Shown: positions 1 to 9,935, numbered from the stretch's first letter. The stretch: 64,000 nt of DNA from Candidatus Iainarchaeum sp. (GCA_021162685.1 JAGGYF010000026.1:1-64000); one strand, 5' to 3'. Notes: generated by a model from the sequence alone, not told the origin. Made by a program: numbers and translations.

Positions 1-1
1 A

Positions 2-249
2 GCTCCTAAGAAGATTTATGTCTGTGATACTGGTTTCTTGAACAACGTGGGCTTCAGGTTCAGTGAGAACAGAGGATTGGTTTATGAAAATGCAGTTTTC
101 TTAGAGTTAGCGAGGAGAGGAAAGGAAAGCAAGAAGTTGACTTTATTGTGAAGAAGGGATTGAAGGTGAAAGAGGCAATACAGGTTTGTTTTGATGTTAA
201 GAATGCGGAAACAAGGGAGAAAGAATTTGTGAAGTTGCTTTTGGGTTAG
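2..249 (+). pseudogene. 3' remnant of an AAA+ ATPase/DUF4143-family gene, frameshifted; 5' part lies outside the window
   Basis: Frame 2 reads APKKIYVCDTGFL..YENAVFLELARRGKE and stops at 149-151. Frame 1 continues GKQEVDFIVKKGLKVKEAIQVCFD to a stop at 247-249. These are typical DUF4143 C-terminal motifs split across two frames. Confidence 0.7.
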
Positions 250-333
250 TAGGGGACAACCTATAAATAATTGGAGTGACACAGTTATTGATGGAGCTGT
301 TGCTTAATGACTGGCCCAAACTAGGTAATACTC

Positions 334-1326
334 ATGAAGATAGTAAGTATAACACACAGAGAAGATGCAGATGGTATTATTAGTCAGGCGCTTATCCTAA
401 GGAGGTTTAGGTCAGATAGTGTCTTATTGTTCCACGCTGACCATACAAATTACCATTCTGTATTCAAGGATGTAATAGAAAGGGCAAAACTGGAAAAACC
501 AGACCTCCTCATAATTACTGACCTAAGTTTAAAGAAGGGGGCGATTCCGTATATTGAAGAACTTAAGAGGATGGGTATACATATAGAAATATTTGATCAT
601 CATAAATGGGATAAAGAGGTATATAGTAAGATCGAAAAAATAGCTGATAAACTCGTTATTAGAGATTCAGAGAGAAAAGCGTGCGCAGAAATAATCCAAG
701 AGGAATTCCTCCCTAACGATAGATTAGCAAAGAAGCTATCAGGATATGCTCATGGAAGTGATTACCCAACTAATAATACTCCAAGAGGGATTTCGTTATA
801 TCTTGACAGGGCAATAGCAAATATGATAACAAATGATAAGGATGATGACTTAAAGAGGACAGTGTATTTGGTGTCAGATGGGAAAATTGATCACGAGCTC
901 ATAAAAAAACACCATGACGAACGGGTGCAACTTGAAGAAGAGAACATGCGTGAGATGATTAAAACACTTGAAAAGGAGGAGGTAGAAGGTAAAAACATAT
1001 TTTTTGGTGCATCAAGCTTCTTCCATGGTAAGGATGCTTGCTTCCGCGTACTTAACGAATTGCTTAAAATGGGGGAAACCCCTCATCTTGTTGTGATGTT
1101 TGATCCATCTGTCAAACAAGTAACATTAGTTAGAAGAGAAAATGATGAATTTGTTGACCTGTCAAAGTTTTGTGTTGAGATGGGGAAGGAAATTGGTTTG
1201 GGCGGAGGAGGACACCCTCATAGAGGAGGATTTGGGTATAAACCCAAAGATGAGAAGATACACCAAGGAGTAAAAAGAATGATTGTTGATAAAATCAGAA
1301 GGGGTAGAAAACCTGTAAAAAGATAA
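334..1326 (+). CDS. DHH/DHHA1-family phosphoesterase
   Basis: Motifs THREDADG, ITD, FDHH and C-terminal GGGGHP. Confidence 0.8.
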   Translation: MKIVSITHREDADGIISQALILRRFRSDSVLLFHADHTNYHSVFKDVIERAKLEKPDLLIITDLSLKKGAIPYIEELKRMGIHIEIFDHHKWDKEVYSKIEKIADKLVIRDSERKACAEIIQEEFLPNDRLAKKLSGYAHGSDYPTNNTPRGISLYLDRAIANMITNDKDDDLKRTVYLVSDGKIDHELIKKHHDERVQLEEENMREMIKTLEKEEVEGKNIFFGASSFFHGKDACFRVLNELLKMGETPHLVVMFDPSVKQVTLVRRENDEFVDLSKFCVEMGKEIGLGGGGHPHRGGFGYKPKDEKIHQGVKRMIVDKIRRGRKPVKR

Positions 1327-1381
1327 CATGGGTGGATTCAGAAGTATTAACTATTTAAATATTTTTTTGTTAAATTAAATT

Positions 1382-1666
1382 ATGCCAGCACATCAAAAGG
1401 GAATGTATGGTTACAAATGGAAAACTTGGGAATTTGGTATAAAGAAGGAACATAACAAAAGGGTTAGAGAAGCAATTTCTACAATTGCAAAACATCACGG
1501 AATTTCCAAAGAAGAAGCAAGGAATATAATTATATTGCATCTAAAAAAAGTTGTAGAGAAAACACATGCGCTGGAAGAGATTGAACCAGAAAACGTTAAT
1601 AATGCTGACATCTACGGATATTTCCTCCGAGAAGAGTGGAGGAAGTTGATGGAGAAGAGGCAATAA
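1382..1666 (+). CDS. Hypothetical basic protein
   Basis: 94-aa ORF with TATA-like TATTTAAATA about 25 nt upstream; no recognisable motif. Confidence 0.55.
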   Translation: MPAHQKGMYGYKWKTWEFGIKKEHNKRVREAISTIAKHHGISKEEARNIIILHLKKVVEKTHALEEIEPENVNNADIYGYFLREEWRKLMEKRQ

Positions 1667-1678
1667 ATATTTAAATAA
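1661..1678 (+). promoter_or_regulatory. Candidate BRE/TATA promoter of the mbh operon
   Basis: A-rich stretch followed by TTTAAATA (1670-1677), about 30-40 nt upstream of the mbhA start. Confidence 0.45.
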
Positions 1679-1713
1679 TATGTGCCTATTTCTATGCGCT
1701 GATTGTGATAGGT

Positions 1714-2217
1714 ATGAAGGCGTTCGTTATTACAAGCGCTGCGTGTTTCATATTCTATCTAGTGCTAACCGCAGGTTCTGGGGCCATAGGTCTTTGGAGC
1801 ATATACGAGATCATCGCTGGATTATTACTCAGTATTATTGTTGGGTTTGTATCGCAGAAATACGTTGGGGGGAGGATGAGCAAGAAAGCGTTGGATCCAA
1901 TGAGGTGGATGAGGTTCTTTGTCTATTTGATTTATCCTTTGTTCTGGGAGATGCTAAAAAGTAACGTAGATGTTGCAATAAGAGTTATAACAATGGATAT
2001 TCATCCTGGAATAGTAAAGATAGATTCAAAACAGAACAACGATATTGGCGTGACTTTACTCGCAAACTCTATAACATTGACACCAGGGACACTGACTGTT
2101 GATGTTGATGAAAAAAATAACCTATATGTTCATTGGATTGATGTTAAGAAAAAACAGCCAAAAACAGAAGATGTCTGCGGAAAGATGGCTGATTGGGTGA
2201 GGAGGATTACACAATGA
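1714..2217 (+). CDS. mbhA: Mbh subunit A (MrpE/MnhE-like)
   Basis: LANSITLTPGTLTVD and LYVHW MrpE signatures; first gene of the operon; alternative GTG start at 1705. Confidence 0.9.
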   Translation: MKAFVITSAACFIFYLVLTAGSGAIGLWSIYEIIAGLLLSIIVGFVSQKYVGGRMSKKALDPMRWMRFFVYLIYPLFWEMLKSNVDVAIRVITMDIHPGIVKIDSKQNNDIGVTLLANSITLTPGTLTVDVDEKNNLYVHWIDVKKKQPKTEDVCGKMADWVRRITQ

Positions 2218-2471
2218 ATATGTTATTTCTGGGCATAGGCTCTATACTTGCCTCATTTATATTACTCCCGTTAGTTAGGATGATAAGTGGCCCAACGATC
2301 CCTGACAGAGTGGTTGCATTAGATGCAATGAATACCTTTGTTGTTGTTTCAATGTTGTGCTTTGGTCTGGGATATAACTCACCCATATACATTGATGTTG
2401 CAATAGTATACGCGCTGCTCTCGTATGTAACAACATTGTACATAGCAAAATATTTGGAGGGAAGTCTTTGA
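2214..2471 (+). CDS. mbhB: Mbh subunit B (MrpF-like)
   Basis: GPTIPDRVVALD motif; ATGA overlap with mbhA. Confidence 0.9.
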   Translation: MNMLFLGIGSILASFILLPLVRMISGPTIPDRVVALDAMNTFVVVSMLCFGLGYNSPIYIDVAIVYALLSYVTTLYIAKYLEGSL

Positions 2472-2806
2472 TTGAGGTAATATATGCACTGGCAGGTATT
2501 GGAATCCTCTTCAACTTCTTAGGTGGGATAGGGCTTGTTAGATTTCCTGATGTTTATACAAGATTGCACGCAGAAACCAAATGCACAACATTTGGATCAA
2601 TATTTATTGTTTTAGCAATACTTTTGTATGAATTGGTGAATTGGAGCACTAATTCATGGGTCATGTCATTTCACTCTATTATTGCCCTTATCGCACTCAT
2701 AATAACAAATCCCGCTGGTGCTCATGCAATTGCAAGGGCAGCACATCGCTCTGGTGTTCATCCAAAAGAAGCAGTTGTTGACAGTTATGAAAAGGTGAAA
2801 AGATGA
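2468..2806 (+). CDS. mbhC: Mbh subunit C (MrpG-like)
   Basis: RFPDVYTRLHA and NPAGAHAIARAA motifs. Confidence 0.9.
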   Translation: MIEVIYALAGIGILFNFLGGIGLVRFPDVYTRLHAETKCTTFGSIFIVLAILLYELVNWSTNSWVMSFHSIIALIALIITNPAGAHAIARAAHRSGVHPKEAVVDSYEKVKR

Positions 2807-3054
2807 TATTTGAGATGGCAAACACAATAATCCTCATTATTATTATACTCACATCTATATTGGCTGTCAAATTCAAGGATCTGCTGGCATCTGTTATCGC
2901 GCTGGGTTTAGTTAGTTTGCTCCTCTCACTTGAATTCTATATATTGCAGGCACCAGATGTCGCTATAGCTGAAGCAGGTGTTGGTGCTGCCCTCACAACC
3001 GCGATATACGTATTTGCTGTGAGAGGAACACAGAGATTGGAGGAAGAGGAATGA
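2803..3054 (+). CDS. mbhD: Mbh subunit D (MrpA/B-related, DUF4040)
   Basis: LQAPDVAIAEAGVGA motif. Confidence 0.88.
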   Translation: MIFEMANTIILIIIILTSILAVKFKDLLASVIALGLVSLLLSLEFYILQAPDVAIAEAGVGAALTTAIYVFAVRGTQRLEEEE

Positions 3055-3317
3055 GAAGGTTTGCGTTAGTTGCATTGATGATTGTTGTCTCCTTCCTATT
3101 CTTCGGAATGACGATTATGCACCCCATTGGAAAGCCCATACTGCAAGATATGGATAACTACTTCATAACTCATGCACAAGAGGAAACAGGTGCAAACAAT
3201 GTTGTTACGTCAATAGTTTTTGACTACAGAGGATTTGATACACTTGGAGAAGCAACTGTGCTATTTGCTGCTGTGAGTGGCGTTGCAATGCTGTTTGGGA
3301 GGAGGATAAGAGCATGA
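3051..3317 (+). CDS. mbhE: Mbh subunit E
   Basis: NVVTSIVFDYRGFDTLGE motif. Confidence 0.88.
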   Translation: MRRFALVALMIVVSFLFFGMTIMHPIGKPILQDMDNYFITHAQEETGANNVVTSIVFDYRGFDTLGEATVLFAAVSGVAMLFGRRIRA

Positions 3318-3784
3318 GAGAGATGTCAAGAATAGTGAGGACTGTTTCGCACATCATGTTTCCATTTGTTATTATGTTTGGGTTTTATCTTGTTGTGCAT
3401 GGGCATCTAACACCTGGTGGTGGATTCCAAGGTGGCGCAATAATAGCATCTGGTTTGGCACTGCTTATAGTCGCATATAGCAGAAGTAGAGTTAAGAAGG
3501 TTGTTAAAAAAGAGGTATTGACGACTATAGAAAGTAGTGGTTTGCTTATGTTTATTGGTCTGGCATTTTTGGGTATTGGTGCAACATTTTTCTATAATTT
3601 CTTGGCAAACAGCGGGATTATTTTTGGGGATTCAGTTGCATATGGGATAAACCCAGGAAACCTTAACACAGCAGGCACGCTTCCATTGATGAGTATTGCA
3701 GTTGGATTAGAAGTTCTTGCTGGGTTGAGCATCATTATACTCATGCTTGCAATTGGTTCATTAGCAGGGGAGGGATCACGATGA
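3314..3784 (+). CDS. mbhF: Mbh subunit F (MrpB-like)
   Basis: HGHLTPGGGFQGG motif. Confidence 0.9.
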   Translation: MREMSRIVRTVSHIMFPFVIMFGFYLVVHGHLTPGGGFQGGAIIASGLALLIVAYSRSRVKKVVKKEVLTTIESSGLLMFIGLAFLGIGATFFYNFLANSGIIFGDSVAYGINPGNLNTAGTLPLMSIAVGLEVLAGLSIIILMLAIGSLAGEGSR

Positions 3785-4119
3785 TGTTTATTGTTTACCT
3801 CACTGTTGTTGCATTGATTGGAATTGGGCTGTATGCTATTATCTTCAAGAGAAACCTGATAAAAATCGTGATAGGAGTGAGTTTGGTAGAGTGTGCTGCA
3901 AACCTGTTCCTTGTATCTCTTGGCTATAAGGAAGGGGGTGTTGCTCCTATTTTCACAATGGCTCCACACGAGAATATGGTACTACCCACTCCGCAGGCAT
4001 TAACTCTAACAAGTATTGTGATAGGTGTTGCAGTTACTGCTCTTATGTTGTCGTTTGCTATGAACTACTATAAAAGTTATGGGACATTAGATGCTACAAA
4101 GGGGAGGCTGAAAGGATGA
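3781..4119 (+). CDS. mbhG: Mbh subunit G (MrpC/NuoK-like)
   Basis: NLIKIVIG and PQALTLTSIVIG motifs. Confidence 0.9.
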   Translation: MMFIVYLTVVALIGIGLYAIIFKRNLIKIVIGVSLVECAANLFLVSLGYKEGGVAPIFTMAPHENMVLPTPQALTLTSIVIGVAVTALMLSFAMNYYKSYGTLDATKGRLKG

Positions 4120-5672
4120 TATTTGAACACGCACCAGCACTGATTATCGCGTTTCCTCTACTGACATCTTTTGCAGTTCCTATCCTGAATAGGTTTGGTG
4201 AAAAATTCAGAAATTTCTTTGTTCTCCTATCATTATTATTTTCTCTATTTTTTGTCTTAACACTTGCACCACAAGTATATTCACACGGCGTTATTGTGTA
4301 TACATTTGGTTCTACATCTCCAGGCATAACCCTGCCATCTGGCTACTCCATGCCAATCCGAATAACATTTACTATTGATGGGATGAGCATATTCATGGCA
4401 TTCATTGCATCCATTGTATCCATCTCTGGACTTATATACTCCTGGGGATTTCTGAAAAAGGAAAGGGTAGGTATGGATAAATTCTATTCATTGCTCTTAC
4501 TCATGAGTGTTGGAATGTATGGAATGATATTTACTGGTGACCTATTCAACATGTTTGTCTTTCTTGAGATACTATCTATTGCTTCATGCGCCTTAATAGC
4601 GTTCTGGGTGCACAAGGGAGAAACATCAGAAGCAGCGTTTAAATATATGGTGGTGAGTAGTATTGCTGCACTCTTCATGCTAATCGCAGTTGGAATATTT
4701 TATGGGCAATATAACGCACTAAACATTGCAGCAATTGCTTCCATGATAAATTATAATTTGCTTGATAAGATCGCCCTTTCCCTTTTGATCGTTGGTCTTG
4801 CGATGAAAGCAGGCGCAGTACCGATGCACATGTGGGTGCCAGATGCTTATGGCCAAGCACCAGCACCAATAACAATGATGCTTGTTGCTGCAAGCCAAGC
4901 GAGCCTTTACGCCTTATTTAGAACTTGTTTCACATTATTTGGATTAAGGTTGGATGTCGCTATGGTGGGGTGGATCATTATTATTTTGGGTATCCTATCC
5001 ATGTTTGTTGGGGTTACAATGGCAATACCCCAAAAGGATATAAAAAAACTTATGGCATACCACTCAGTATCACAAACTGGGTATATGTTACTTGGTGTTG
5101 GAGTCGGACTTGCTGTTATGAATGACCCAATAGCATTTCAGACATATGGTATGAAAGCAATGGAAGGGAGCATATTCCATATAATAAACTATGCATTATA
5201 CAAGGGATTGCTGTTTCTAACAGCGGGCGCCATATTCTATAAACTGAAAACGAGAAACCTTGACGAGATGGGAGGAATTGCCCATAACATGCCATTGACA
5301 ACACTCTTTTTCATCATAGGCGCATTGGCTATTGCTGGCATTCCTCCGCTTAATGGTTTTGCATCCAAATTCCTAATATATGAGAGCGTATATCGGTTTA
5401 ATCCTCTGTTGTCCATAATCGCAATGGTCGTTTCTGTATTGACGTTAGCATCATTTGTCAAAGTATTCCATAGTGCGTTCATGGGACCAAAAATGAAGAA
5501 AAACGTTCGAGAAGCACCAAGGGCTATGCTGCTTGGAATGGCAATTATTGCTATTTTGATTATCATATTTAGTTTATTTCCTGCAATGGTTGTTAGGACA
5601 ATTGTTGACCCAGCAGTGATTGCACTGGCGAACCAAGGCAACTATATATCTGCGGTGATGGGAGGGATATGA
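4116..5672 (+). CDS. mbhH: Mbh subunit H (MrpD/NuoM-like antiporter subunit)
   Basis: TGDLFNMFVFLEI, KAGAVPMHMWVPDAY and GIPPLNGFASK motifs; multi-pass membrane protein. Confidence 0.92.
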   Translation: MIFEHAPALIIAFPLLTSFAVPILNRFGEKFRNFFVLLSLLFSLFFVLTLAPQVYSHGVIVYTFGSTSPGITLPSGYSMPIRITFTIDGMSIFMAFIASIVSISGLIYSWGFLKKERVGMDKFYSLLLLMSVGMYGMIFTGDLFNMFVFLEILSIASCALIAFWVHKGETSEAAFKYMVVSSIAALFMLIAVGIFYGQYNALNIAAIASMINYNLLDKIALSLLIVGLAMKAGAVPMHMWVPDAYGQAPAPITMMLVAASQASLYALFRTCFTLFGLRLDVAMVGWIIIILGILSMFVGVTMAIPQKDIKKLMAYHSVSQTGYMLLGVGVGLAVMNDPIAFQTYGMKAMEGSIFHIINYALYKGLLFLTAGAIFYKLKTRNLDEMGGIAHNMPLTTLFFIIGALAIAGIPPLNGFASKFLIYESVYRFNPLLSIIAMVVSVLTLASFVKVFHSAFMGPKMKKNVREAPRAMLLGMAIIAILIIIFSLFPAMVVRTIVDPAVIALANQGNYISAVMGGI

Positions 5673-5998
5673 TGTTGGAGTCATACAGTGGGTATTGGTA
5701 TCCTCTTGTTTTTGTTAGTGTGTTTCTTATACTGAGCTTCATTGTGTACATATTAAGTAGGGTGTTCTTTTCAAGTGCACATAAGAAGGGGGAGCAGGCA
5801 AAACCATTTCTATCTGGAAATAAAGAGACTGAGAAGGTTCATATTCCTGCATCAAGTATATACTGGGGATTCATAAAGGCACTTAGAGGATACTACGATG
5901 TGATAATCCCCTTCCACACAGGCAATATCAATGATTATATGGGTGCGTTTATTATTGTCTTAGCAATTGTATTGACAGTAGTAGAGGTGTTAACATGA
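5669..5998 (+). CDS. mbhI: Mbh subunit I
   Basis: KPFLSGN, YWGF and HTGNINDY motifs; position between mbhH and mbhJ. Confidence 0.85.
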   Translation: MMLESYSGYWYPLVFVSVFLILSFIVYILSRVFFSSAHKKGEQAKPFLSGNKETEKVHIPASSIYWGFIKALRGYYDVIIPFHTGNINDYMGAFIIVLAIVLTVVEVLT

Positions 5999-6414
5999 TA
6001 AAAAATGCATTCAAGAGAGCATTATGGGTGTATCATATTAACACTGGCGGATGTAATGGATGTGATATTGAAATTATTGCTGCATTAACACCAAGATATG
6101 ATGCTGAACGGTTTGGCATAAAATTGGTTGGTTCCCCAAGGCATGCTGATGTTCTACTTGTCACAGGACCAGTAACTGCAAAGATGGAAGATAAACTGAA
6201 AAGAGTATACGAACAGACGCCAGACCCAAAAGTTGTCATAGCAGTAGGTAATTGTGGTGCAAGCACAGGTGTGTTCCATAACTCATATTCAATAAGGGGG
6301 CCCATTGATAAAATCATTCCTGTGGATGTTTATGTTCCTGGGTGCCCCCCAAGGCCAGAAGCAATAATACATGGAATTGCCAAGGCATGGGAGAAATTGG
6401 AGGGAAAGAAGTGA
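5995..6414 (+). CDS. mbhJ: Mbh subunit J, [NiFe]-hydrogenase small subunit (NuoB-like)
   Basis: GGCNGCDIE, SPRHAD, GNC and PGCPP Fe-S ligands. Confidence 0.93.
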   Translation: MIKNAFKRALWVYHINTGGCNGCDIEIIAALTPRYDAERFGIKLVGSPRHADVLLVTGPVTAKMEDKLKRVYEQTPDPKVVIAVGNCGASTGVFHNSYSIRGPIDKIIPVDVYVPGCPPRPEAIIHGIAKAWEKLEGKK

Positions 6415-6926
6415 GAATAGAAGAAATTGAAAATGTAATAAAGGAGAAGGTTGGAAAGGGGGTGATCACCTCCGAAATAAGAAAAAGGAAGGTTGTTGGA
6501 AAGGAGAGGAAGAGCCTCTGGATGAGAATAAAAAAGGAATCATTGAAAGATGTAATAAAGGTTCTCTTTGATTTTCAATATCCTCATCTCTCAGTAATTT
6601 CTGGAAGTGATTTGGGAGACAAGGTTGAATTATTGTATCACTTCACATTGGGATACGGAGAACCACAAAAGGAACAATTAATTACATTTGCAGTTCAGTT
6701 GGATAAGAAAGACCTTACAATACCAACAATCACAGATCTGATACCTGGCGCATTACTCACAGAGAGGGAAAAACAGGAATTCTTCGGCATAAAAGTGATT
6801 GGGATACCTGACTCAAGAAGGGCATTTCTTGCTGATGACTTAAAGAATGCGCATCCTTGGATAAGGGATGACAAAGAAACTGCGAGAATTGCAAAGGATG
6901 TACATGCAAAAGAGGTGAAAAAATGA
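6411..6926 (+). CDS. mbhK: Mbh subunit K (NuoC-like)
   Basis: ELLYHF, PTITDLIPGALLTEREKQEFFGI; GTG start at 6411 overlaps the mbhJ stop. Confidence 0.88.
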   Translation: MRIEEIENVIKEKVGKGVITSEIRKRKVVGKERKSLWMRIKKESLKDVIKVLFDFQYPHLSVISGSDLGDKVELLYHFTLGYGEPQKEQLITFAVQLDKKDLTIPTITDLIPGALLTEREKQEFFGIKVIGIPDSRRAFLADDLKNAHPWIRDDKETARIAKDVHAKEVKK

Positions 6927-8128
6927 GCAAGACAGTAAACATACCAATAGGTCCTGTGCATCCTGCATTAAAAGAACCAGTAAGATTTACAATTGAAGTA
7001 GAAGGAGAGAAGGTAGTTGGTGCAGACTATGAAGTAGGTTATGTACATAGAGGGATAGAATGGGCAGGTATGAGACAGAATCCGATAAAAACAATACACC
7101 TCTCAGAAAGAATATGTGGAATCTGCGCATTTTGTCATCCTTTATGTTTCGTACAAGCAATTGAGGAGATTGGTGATGTAGAAGTACCTGAAAGGGCTGA
7201 GTATATACGCGTCATAACTGCAGAACTTGAGAGGATACACTCGCATATGCTATGGGCAGGCGTTGCAGCACATGAAATAGGTTTTGATTCTATCCTGAAC
7301 CTAACATGGAATATAAGAGAGAAGGTAATGGATATTGTGGAATACATAACTGGAAACAGGGTAACATATGGTATGTTGCAGATTGGTGGTGTTAGGAGGA
7401 ATATAACAGAAAAACAATATCCTAAGATAAGGGAGGCAACACAGTATTATAGAGAGTTGCTTGATAAGATTGAGGATGTTTTCCTCAGGGACCCAACAAT
7501 TAGAATGAGATCAAGAGATGTTGGGATACTCACAAAAAAGAGGGCGCTTGAATTATGCGCAGTTGGACCAACTGCACGTGCATCTGGTGTTCCAAAAGAT
7601 GTAAGGCAGGACTTCCCCTATATTGCATACCCAGACCTTGATGTAAAGGCGATAATGCCAGAAGAACCCATTGGTGATGTATACGATAGGATTTTTGTTA
7701 GGATAAGGGAGATAGGGCAATCGGCAGATATTATAGAACAATGCCTAGACCAGATGGAACCTGGCCCGATCCTCGCTGAGCAGAATGTGGCAAAATTGCT
7801 TGCAGACCTGCAGAACTTTGAGGGTGAAGCAGTGGGAAGAGCAGAGGCACCAAGAGGAGAGGTATTCCATTATGTTAGAATGAACAAAAATGAGGCTCCT
7901 CTCTCATGGAAGGCAAGGGCACCAACATACAATAATGTGCAAACATGGCCAGACATGATTGTTGGAGAAGAACTTGCTGATGTCCCCATTATCGTCGCAT
8001 CAATTGACCCTTGTGTAAGCTGTACGGACAGGGTAACTTTGATCAAGGATGGAAAAGAAGAGATAGTTACAGGGGAACAATTACACAAACTAAGTGTTCT
8101 CAAAACTAAAAGGGTGATGAGGAGATGA
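6923..8128 (+). CDS. mbhL: Mbh subunit L, group 4 [NiFe]-hydrogenase large subunit
   Basis: L1 motif RICGIC and L2 motif DPCVSCTDR (all four Ni-Fe Cys present), followed by a cleavable C-terminal tail. Confidence 0.95.
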   Translation: MSKTVNIPIGPVHPALKEPVRFTIEVEGEKVVGADYEVGYVHRGIEWAGMRQNPIKTIHLSERICGICAFCHPLCFVQAIEEIGDVEVPERAEYIRVITAELERIHSHMLWAGVAAHEIGFDSILNLTWNIREKVMDIVEYITGNRVTYGMLQIGGVRRNITEKQYPKIREATQYYRELLDKIEDVFLRDPTIRMRSRDVGILTKKRALELCAVGPTARASGVPKDVRQDFPYIAYPDLDVKAIMPEEPIGDVYDRIFVRIREIGQSADIIEQCLDQMEPGPILAEQNVAKLLADLQNFEGEAVGRAEAPRGEVFHYVRMNKNEAPLSWKARAPTYNNVQTWPDMIVGEELADVPIIVASIDPCVSCTDRVTLIKDGKEEIVTGEQLHKLSVLKTKRVMRR

Positions 8129-9081
8129 TGGAGACCATTATGCAAATTGTATTTGTACCAATAGGTATTGCCTCACTTGGCCTGATACTCTCACTAATTT
8201 TTAAGGGGATAGATAGAAGAATTGCTGCTAGATTCCAAGCAAGGGTCGGTCCGCCACTTGTACAGCCATTCAGAGATATTATGAAACTCATGCTAAAAGA
8301 AACGATTGTCCCTGAAAATTGTGTGAGATGGGTGTATGAATCTGCCCCAATCATTGCACTGGTTGGCTCACTTATGTTGTTGCTCTATATACCCATGGGG
8401 CCATTTAATGCACCACTTGGAAATTTTGGTGATTTGATATTAGTTCTTTATCTATTCACAATACCAAGCTTAGCAATGGTTGCAGGCGGCTTTGCATCAG
8501 GAAACCCATATGCAACAATAGGTGCGCAGAGAGAGATGGTAATGATGATGAGCTATGAATTGCCATTAGCAATGCTCGCTGCTGCAACTGCATGGAAAGT
8601 AACAAGCTTCTCAATTGCTAAAATATCAAGTACTGTGATATGGTCAACTGTGGGGCCGTTGGGTTTAGTAGGTATTTTGTTGTTATTGGTCGTTGTTTTA
8701 TCTGTCGCACCAGCAGAACTTGTTAAGATACCATTTGATGCGCCAGAGGCAGAAACAGAGATAGCAGGGGGATTGCTTGTAGACTACTCAGGGAGGAATC
8801 TCGCATTGTTTTATCTTAGTGATGCTGTCAAAAGTTTTGCATTTGCATCGCTAATTGTGGCGTTATTCTTCCCATTCAAACTAGGCACTACAATTTGGGG
8901 GGAATTTCTGTGGTTTCTCCTCAAAGTGCTCATTGTGATGATTGTATCTGTCACTACGGTTAGGGTTGCTGCTGCAAGATTGCAGATAGATAATATTGCT
9001 GGGTATTATTGGAAACCCATTGCATTGGTCTCTCTTGCAGCACTTGCTCTTATAGCAATTGATACGGCGGTGGTGATATAA
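8125..9081 (+). CDS. mbhM: Mbh subunit M (NuoH-like)
   Basis: RVGPPLVQPFRDIMKL and PFDAPEAETEI motifs. Confidence 0.92.
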   Translation: MMETIMQIVFVPIGIASLGLILSLIFKGIDRRIAARFQARVGPPLVQPFRDIMKLMLKETIVPENCVRWVYESAPIIALVGSLMLLLYIPMGPFNAPLGNFGDLILVLYLFTIPSLAMVAGGFASGNPYATIGAQREMVMMMSYELPLAMLAAATAWKVTSFSIAKISSTVIWSTVGPLGLVGILLLLVVVLSVAPAELVKIPFDAPEAETEIAGGLLVDYSGRNLALFYLSDAVKSFAFASLIVALFFPFKLGTTIWGEFLWFLLKVLIVMIVSVTTVRVAAARLQIDNIAGYYWKPIALVSLAALALIAIDTAVVI

Positions 9082-9473
9082 TGCCTACTCCTGCATTTTT
9101 TGAGTTGGTCAAGCAAATTCTGAGCAAGCCTGTGACAAATCTTTTCCCGTCAAAGTACGCTCCTGCATCAATAAAGAAATTCCTGAAAAAAGGTAAAATC
9201 AATCCACCCATAAAAACACCTGATAAGTTTAGGGGAAAATTAATCTATGAGAAGGATAAATGTATTGGATGTGGGATGTGTGTGCGAGTTTGCCCTTCAA
9301 GTGCAATGGAACTTGTTGGTGAACCTCCAAAAAGGAAAATAAAACACTATGTTTCAAGGTGTACATTTTGCGCAATTTGTACTGAAGTTTGCCCTGTCAA
9401 ATGCCTGCATATGAGTGATGAGTTCCTTCTGGCAGATTTTGATAAACATTCAGAAAACCTTATAGTTGGTTGA
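9081..9473 (+). CDS. mbhN: Mbh subunit N (NuoI-like 2x[4Fe-4S])
   Basis: Two CxxCxxCxxxCP motifs. Confidence 0.92.
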   Translation: MPTPAFFELVKQILSKPVTNLFPSKYAPASIKKFLKKGKINPPIKTPDKFRGKLIYEKDKCIGCGMCVRVCPSSAMELVGEPPKRKIKHYVSRCTFCAICTEVCPVKCLHMSDEFLLADFDKHSENLIVG

Positions 9474-9897
9474 GCTTATCCCATTCTTCATCTGAAATTA
9501 TCTTTATTAGTTTGTCTGCTGCTTCCTTTACCTTTTTACTTAATCCTATCCTGTAAGGTGACTCTTTTTTCTGTATTCCAATTAGGATTACTTCCCCACA
9601 GTATGGCTGAACGTAATCAATAAAGAAAGAGAGTGGGATAGAATGTGTTGAGAAGTGTGCTCGTGGGATGCTCTCTTTATTAATTATTCTTACTGCACCC
9701 GGTTCTAATCCCATATCGGCTATATCAACAATGACAAGCAATTCAGGCCCTTTCTGTTTGATAACGCCAGTGAAATTTTCTGGGGCTGTTCCAGAGTCAA
9801 TACAGAGCCACTCGCTCTTCTTGAACTTCTTTGCGATGTAGGGGCCTACGCCATCATCTCCTCTCATAATATTGCCAACACAAAGAAGGATATTCAT
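9460..9897 (-). CDS. hycI: Hydrogenase maturation endopeptidase (HycI-type)
   Basis: VGNIMRGDDGVG, APEN, IVD and STHSIPL motifs. Confidence 0.9.
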   Translation of the reverse strand: MNILLCVGNIMRGDDGVGPYIAKKFKKSEWLCIDSGTAPENFTGVIKQKGPELLVIVDIADMGLEPGAVRIINKESIPRAHFSTHSIPLSFFIDYVQPYCGEVILIGIQKKESPYRIGLSKKVKEAADKLIKIISDEEWDKLNQL

Positions 9898-9935
9898 GCT
9901 AATGTTTTATATTGCGCTGTTTTTATAATATACTC

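Noticed and set aside
6923-8128. Possibility that the complex is Mbx/Mbs, complex I-like or a selenoprotein
   Set aside because: Both CxxC motifs are intact Cys codons, there is no in-frame TGA, and hycI/hypAB are adjacent.
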